This document shows positions 59,105 through 64,000 of a stretch of 64,000 nt of DNA, piece after piece. Source of the DNA: an uncultured Planctomycetia bacterium (GTDB taxonomy: Bacteria > Omnitrophota > Gorgyraeia > 2-01-FULL-45-10 > JAHFGN01). Every line of letters begins with the position of its first letter. The first letter of the stretch is position 1. Location of the stretch: positions 364 to 64,363 of the forward strand of contig CAYHAE010000001.1 of the NCBI GenBank assembly GCA_964354545.1, given 5' to 3'. Position numbers and translations under genes: made by a program. The notes under the pieces were generated by a model, which saw only the letters and a list, made by a program, of their open reading frames with translations, did no database searches and was not told where the DNA came from.

Positions 59105-59776
59105 ATGATCACTGATTGGCAGATCTTCTTTCGCTTAATACTGGCAGGAATTTTGAGCGGTCTGGTGGGGTTTGAAAGGGAGTACCACGGCAGGGCTGCC
59201 GGTCTCAGGACGCATATATTAGTATGCCTCGGTTCGACCCTCGTGATGCTCACGTCGCTCCACATGTGCGATATGTCGGTGGGTAAGTTTCCGTCCGATC
59301 CCGGCAGGATCGCGGCAGGGGTGGTGACAGGCATTGGATTTTTAGGCGCAGGTACGATAATGCAGTTCAAGGCCTCTGTGAGAGGGCTCACCACCGCCGC
59401 AAGCCTATGGGTCGCCGCGGGGTTAGGCCTTGCAGTGGGGTCGGGATTGTACTTCGCCGCGATCCTTACCACCATAATCACATTGGTCGCGCTCCTCTTC
59501 TTCTCCCGCATAGAGCACGCCCTTATACGGAAGGACTGGTATAAAGTGCTGGCGATCGAATCGGCCGCGGAGGTGGATAACCTCATCCAGATACGGGAGG
59601 CGCTCGCAAATTATGAAGTGGAGGTAAAGGATTTTGACATGACGAAGATGAAGGACGGCACAGCCGTGACCTGGCGCCTGAGCCTGAGGCTTGGCACTTC
59701 GAGCAACGACGCGAACATTATTTCCGATATAGGGCAGATACAAGGGGTGAAGAAGGCGCGCTGGGAGGTGAGCTAG
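59105..59776 (+). CDS. MgtC/SapB-family membrane protein.
   Basis: MgtC N-terminal membrane domain (ILAGILSGLVGFERE..GR.AGLRTH) and a C-terminal ACT-like domain. Confidence 0.8.
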   Translation: MITDWQIFFRLILAGILSGLVGFEREYHGRAAGLRTHILVCLGSTLVMLTSLHMCDMSVGKFPSDPGRIAAGVVTGIGFLGAGTIMQFKASVRGLTTAASLWVAAGLGLAVGSGLYFAAILTTIITLVALLFFSRIEHALIRKDWYKVLAIESAAEVDNLIQIREALANYEVEVKDFDMTKMKDGTAVTWRLSLRLGTSSNDANIISDIGQIQGVKKARWEVS

Positions 59777-59875
59777 ATCGCCTTGCGGGGTATGAAAGGT
59801 CACATGCTTGGCAGAACACGGTAACGTTCCGCGCGAAATAAGGCACGGTGCGGACGAGACGGGGAGGGGGCGCAT

Positions 59876-60421
59876 ATGAAGCTGCGGAAGGAGAAAAGAG
59901 AGGCTGAAGAGAAGGTCCTCGATGTCGATGCGACGATGCAGGGGACGCTCACGTTCAAGGACGCGGTAAACTTGAGGATAAACGGCGGGTTCGAGGGCAA
60001 CCTCAACACGAAGGGCAACCTCATGATAGGCGAGCACGCCACTGTCAATGCCGACGTCATAGGTGAGACGATAATCGTCGCGGGAAAGGTCAACGGGACA
60101 CTCATCGCGGTGAAGGAGCTGAAGCTCGTAGCTCCGGCGGTCGTCGTCGGTGAAATACGGACGCCGCGTCTGAGCATTGCGGAGGGTGCGATATTCGAGG
60201 GTACCTGCCACATGCTGAAGGCGGGGAGGGCCGAGGAGACGAATTCCCCGGTATCGACGCTCATGTCGCTCGATGAGCTCGCGAAATATCTGGAGCTGGA
60301 AGCATCTCTCGTGAGAGAGTGGGCGAGTTCCGGGAAATTGCCCGGCGTAAGGGCGGGCGAGTCGTGGACGTTCGACCGTACCAAGGTTGACGAGTGGGTC
60401 GCGGCGGGGAAGATAAAGTAA
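59876..60421 (+). CDS. Bactofilin domain fused to a C-terminal excisionase-type (HTH_17) DNA-binding domain.
   Basis: The N-terminal 120 aa match the bactofilin/DUF583 beta-helix (GEHATVNADVIGETIIVAGKVNGTL...LSIAEGAIFEGTCHM). The C-terminal 50 aa are a winged HTH of the excisionase/MerR-like type (MSLDELAKYLELEASLVREWASSGKLPGVRAGESWTFDRTKVDEWV). Confidence 0.75.
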   Translation: MKLRKEKREAEEKVLDVDATMQGTLTFKDAVNLRINGGFEGNLNTKGNLMIGEHATVNADVIGETIIVAGKVNGTLIAVKELKLVAPAVVVGEIRTPRLSIAEGAIFEGTCHMLKAGRAEETNSPVSTLMSLDELAKYLELEASLVREWASSGKLPGVRAGESWTFDRTKVDEWVAAGKIK

Positions 60422-60423
60422 GA

Positions 60424-60524
60424 GGTTACATAAGGTTCCATCAGGTTACATAACGTTACATAAGGTTACGAAAGTGGGCAACCTTATGGAACATGAGGGA
60501 ACCTTACGTAACATTATGGAACGT
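60424..60524. promoter_or_regulatory. Periodic array of 13-bp sites with core GTTACATAAGGTT: three direct copies and two or three inverted copies at 10- and 20-bp spacing.
   Basis: Direct sites start at 60424, 60444 and 60454. Inverted sites AACCTTATGGAAC and AACCTTACGTAAC start at 60480 and 60500, with one more at 60514. The array fills the spacer between the two HTH_17 genes. Confidence 0.6.
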
Positions 60525-60532
60525 TTAAAACT

Positions 60533-60934
60533 ATGCCCGAAAGCCTGCTCACAATAAAGGACGTAGCCCGGTATCTCGGTCTGCCCGAGGAAGAGGTGAA
60601 GCGCCTCGTTGATGAAGGGGAGATCCCCGCCTATAAGATCGGGGGGACGTTCCTGCGGTTCAGGAAGGAGCAGATCGAGGCGATAAAAAATGAGATCCGC
60701 ACCCTGGAAGAGAAGGAACCGGAACGCGCGAAGGCCCACCTTGACTCGAAAGGCCGCCCCTCCCGTCCCTACACCGACCTTGAGCGAGAGATAAAGAGAA
60801 GAGAGCCCATGACCCGGCAGTACGACTACACCTTTCCGGAGAGGATCAAGGATTTTTGGTACTTCTGTAATTTCTATGTCCTCTCCACGCTCTTCATTGT
60901 GCTCATCCTGTACATCATTATCCTGCAGACATGA
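60533..60934 (+). CDS. Excisionase-type HTH (HTH_17) protein with a C-terminal transmembrane anchor.
   Basis: N-terminus LLTIKDVARYLGLPEEEVKRLVDEGEIPAYKIGGTFLRFRKEQIEA, then a charged linker, then the hydrophobic FWYFCNFYVLSTLFIVLILYIIIL. Confidence 0.65.
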   Translation: MPESLLTIKDVARYLGLPEEEVKRLVDEGEIPAYKIGGTFLRFRKEQIEAIKNEIRTLEEKEPERAKAHLDSKGRPSRPYTDLEREIKRREPMTRQYDYTFPERIKDFWYFCNFYVLSTLFIVLILYIIILQT

Positions 60935-61014
60935 TGCTGCCTTCGTCCCGGCGAGAAAATGGTGTTTTGAAAAGGAAGCGTGCGAGAGTCTTTGCGCGAA
61001 TTCGGGAATAATCG

Positions 61015-61750
<736 letters not shown>

Positions 61751-61755
<5 letters not shown>

Positions 61756-62194
61756 CGTATAGCGGCTAGTACACTAACATCGCTTATAATATCCATAGTC
61801 CACAGACCACAGACAATAGACCATAGACTGTGAAACGCGGACCATATGCTAAACACCAAAATATCCAGTCACGCATCAGTTTTACGTGTTGAGTGTGTGG
61901 TACGATGAAGGGGTGGACGGATCCAGGGCATAAAAGCGCCCGGGGCCCCCGAGGGGCGGCATTGAGCGGGACGTAAAAATCGCGAGCGGGCACGGATCCC
62001 GAGCCCGCTAAAAGATGTATGCGAGGGAGAGCGAGCGATTTTTCTCGAGTGCAATTTTCCTCGCCGGGGAAAATTGCACGTTCCCGCGAAATGACGACCC
62101 GAGAGGGGGCAAGAGCTTGCAATGAAGGAGGTGGGTGGCATGCTGTATAGGATGCTCAATCCTATACGCTAAACGCTATCCGCTATACGCTATT
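61751..62194. repeat. About 440-bp element flanked by TAGCGTATAGCGGCTAGTA and CTATACGCTAAACGCTATCCGCTATACGCT. It is the long version of the 3573-3685 element.
   Basis: The arms are nearly identical to those at 3573 and 3650. The interior holds a 12-bp-stem hairpin GTGCAATTTTCC/GGAAAATTGCAC. It separates larB from larC. Confidence 0.5.
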
Positions 62195-63367
62195 ATGAAG
62201 ATCGCCTACTTCGACTGTTTTTCAGGCATCAGCGGTGACATGGTCCTCGGGGCTTTTCTGGACGCAGGGCTCGATATCAAGATCTTGCGGAAGGGCCTCG
62301 CGCGGCTGAAGTTGACGGGGTATGAGATCAAGGCAAAGCGGGTGAAGCGCTCGAGCCTCGTGGGAACGAAATTCACGTGCGCCGTGAAAAAGGGCCGGGG
62401 CAACGGCCATTCGCACTCCACCCTCAGCTCCATTCTGGATCTCATCGGGAAAAGCAGCCTTCCCAAGGGCGTCAGGGACCTCTCGAGTCAGATATTCCTC
62501 ACGATCGGCAACGCGGAGGCGAAGGTCCACGGTGAGAGATTGGAAGACGTCCGTTTTCACGAAGTAGGGAACATCGATTCGATCGTCGACGTCGTCGGAT
62601 GCGCGCTCGCGATCGACGCAATGGGGATCGAGAAGTTCTATTCATCCGACGTCGTCCTGGGGAAGGGGTATGTCTACACCCAGATAGGGACCCTGCCTGT
62701 CCCGAGCCCGGCGACGGCGGTCCTCATGAAAGGGGTACCCGTGCGGATGTCGAGGGTAGAGGCGGAGCTCGTGACCCCGACAGGCGCAGGTATTTTGCGG
62801 GGCGTACACGCCCATTTCGCACCCATGCCCGGCATGCGCATGGAGAGGATCGGCTATGGAGCGGGGACCGCGGATTTTGCCGGAACGCCCAACATGCTCA
62901 GGGTTATTGTGGGAGAATCAGGCGACGCTTACGAGCGGGACAGCGTGTACGTCGTCGAAACGAATATTGACGATATGAGCCCGCAGGTCTTCGATTACCT
63001 TTTTGAACGGCTCTTCAAGGTAGGCGCTCTCGACGTCTACGTCACTCCCATCCAGATGAAGAAATCCCGGCCGGCGTTCCAGTTGAGCGTGCTCGCGGAA
63101 GAGCCCTTGTTGGATAAGATCGGCGCAGCGATATTCGAGGAGACGACCTCGATCGGATTAAGGTGCTATAGGGTTGACAGGGTCAAGCTCTCGAGAAAGA
63201 TCGTGAGCGTCCGTACAAAATACGGCAGGATCAAAGTGAAGATCGGCCTCGGCCCCGGACGCATAAGGATCGTCTCTCCCGAATACGAGGACTGCGTGGC
63301 CATCGCGAAGAAGATGAAGGTGCCGCTCAAGGTCGTGTACGACGAGGCGAAGAGGGTTTTGAGATGA
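62195..63367 (+). CDS. larC: LarC (DUF111 nickel insertion protein).
   Basis: MKIAYFDCFSGISGDM and the DUF111 core. I chose the MKIAYF start, which abuts the right arm of the repeat. Confidence 0.85.
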   Translation: MKIAYFDCFSGISGDMVLGAFLDAGLDIKILRKGLARLKLTGYEIKAKRVKRSSLVGTKFTCAVKKGRGNGHSHSTLSSILDLIGKSSLPKGVRDLSSQIFLTIGNAEAKVHGERLEDVRFHEVGNIDSIVDVVGCALAIDAMGIEKFYSSDVVLGKGYVYTQIGTLPVPSPATAVLMKGVPVRMSRVEAELVTPTGAGILRGVHAHFAPMPGMRMERIGYGAGTADFAGTPNMLRVIVGESGDAYERDSVYVVETNIDDMSPQVFDYLFERLFKVGALDVYVTPIQMKKSRPAFQLSVLAEEPLLDKIGAAIFEETTSIGLRCYRVDRVKLSRKIVSVRTKYGRIKVKIGLGPGRIRIVSPEYEDCVAIAKKMKVPLKVVYDEAKRVLR

Positions 63368-63483
63368 TAAATGACGGTCATTGTGAGGGGTCCCGAAGTT
63401 TCGGACGCGACGAAGCGATCTATCCGCAGCAGCGCTTTAGATTAAGATTGAGATTAAGATTGAGAAATACACGAAGCAGGGGA

Positions 63484-64000
63484 TGAACCTAGAGATGACA
63501 CCAGCCTTACGCAAGACATTTCGCCCGTCGGTCTATGGTCTATGGTCTTTAGTCTTTAGTCTTGCGTCGCTAGTCGTTGGTCTATGGTCCATAGTCTTTA
63601 GTCTTTTTCTGGCCTTCGGTCTCTCCACCGCACGCGCCGACACCGTCATAAAGCGAGACGGCCGCGAGCTGAAGGGGATCATCGTCGAGGATTACTACGA
63701 CAGGATCGTCCTCTCAACGCCTGACGGCGAGGTCCAGGTCCTGAAGTCCGATGTTCGGGAATTATCGTACGACTCTGAAGAAGACAATCTGATAAAACTC
63801 GGAGACCTCGCAAAAGAGAGGAGCAATTACGAAGCCGCCTACTCATACTATGAAAAAGCATTCAACATGAATCCCAATTCGAAACCCGCAAAAGACGGAA
63901 TGATGTACCTCAAGGGGTTCCTCTTCCGAAAAGAAGAGGCGAAGAAGGAAGAGGACATTAAGCGCCGCACAGAGTTCGAACGATACCAGGTTGCCGGGAT
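63484..64000 (+). CDS. 5' part of a secreted or membrane protein (hydrophobic leader, then a possible TPR-like region). It runs off the window end.
   Basis: ATG at 63484. The leader LWSLVFSLASLVVGLWSIVFSLFLAFGLSTARA precedes a soluble region. The frame is still open at 64000. Confidence 0.45.

Noticed and set aside
61784-62122. 112-aa minus-strand ORF inside the larB-larC spacer.
   Set aside because: It lies wholly within the element with inverted ends and has no start context. Its hydrophobic C-terminus is encoded by the GTCTATGGTC simple repeat.

Overview
This window looks like high-GC (about 58-60 %) bacterial chromosome, and every gene I can support is on the + strand. The + strand is probably the leading strand. 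All minus-strand ORFs in the track are antisense to well-supported genes and are treated as spurious. I cannot place the lineage, so none is named.

Gene content in order:
1. ftsQ (3' part) and ftsA, followed by a terminator. No ftsZ follows ftsA.
2. yggS, proC, yggT, a DUF167 gene, mtnP, ileS, a dksA-like gene, lspA, lgt, rluD and aroA.
3. The rod-shape cluster mreB, mreC, mreD, mrdA and rodA.
4. A TIGR03960-type radical SAM gene.
5. A roughly 15-kb type IV pilus and c-di-GMP block (details below).
6. A short DUF2344 gene, the radical-SAM partner.
7. rng, rplU, rpmA, obg, proB, proA, nadD, a DUF5679 mini-ORF, rsfS and a GAF-HD-GYP phosphodiesterase.
8. argS and a minimal Mfd lacking both the UvrA-binding N-terminus and the C-terminal D7 domain.
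9. Two parvulin/SurA-type isomerases, pdxA and rsmA in E. coli-like synteny, gatC, gatA, gatB, an S41 protease, a YibQ-type deacetylase, tsaD and an MgtC-family gene.
10. A bactofilin fused to an excisionase-type HTH, then a membrane-anchored HTH paralog, with a periodic 13-bp repeat array between them.
11. larB, then a 440-bp element with terminal inverted repeats, then larC.
12. A secreted-protein ORF that runs off the window end.

The type IV pilus and c-di-GMP block contains:
- a HAMP-GAF-GGDEF gene;
- pilT;
- an orphan GspE-N domain protein;
- two tandem pilB paralogs and pilC;
- three pilin genes (two are a near-identical tandem duplication);
- pilM, pilN, pilO, pilP and pilQ.

The non-coding DNA is unusually repeat-rich. 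It contains:
- tandem 60-bp units at the mrdA/rodA junction;
- a 27-nt hairpin core shared by two structured inserts;
- a roughly 300-bp hairpin-rich element with inverted ends upstream of the GGDEF gene;
- a perfect 32-bp palindrome present twice;
- a TAGCGTATAGCGG / CGCTATACGCT inverted-end element family;
- a GATCATCTG motif upstream of four operons.

The most unusual locus is the bactofilin-HTH, repeat-array and HTH-TM trio at 59.9-60.9 kb. It looks like a candidate DNA-anchoring or positioning module.

Coordinates for non-ORF features come from hand counting and may be off by 1-2 nt. The tsaD start disagreed by 1 nt with the ORF track.
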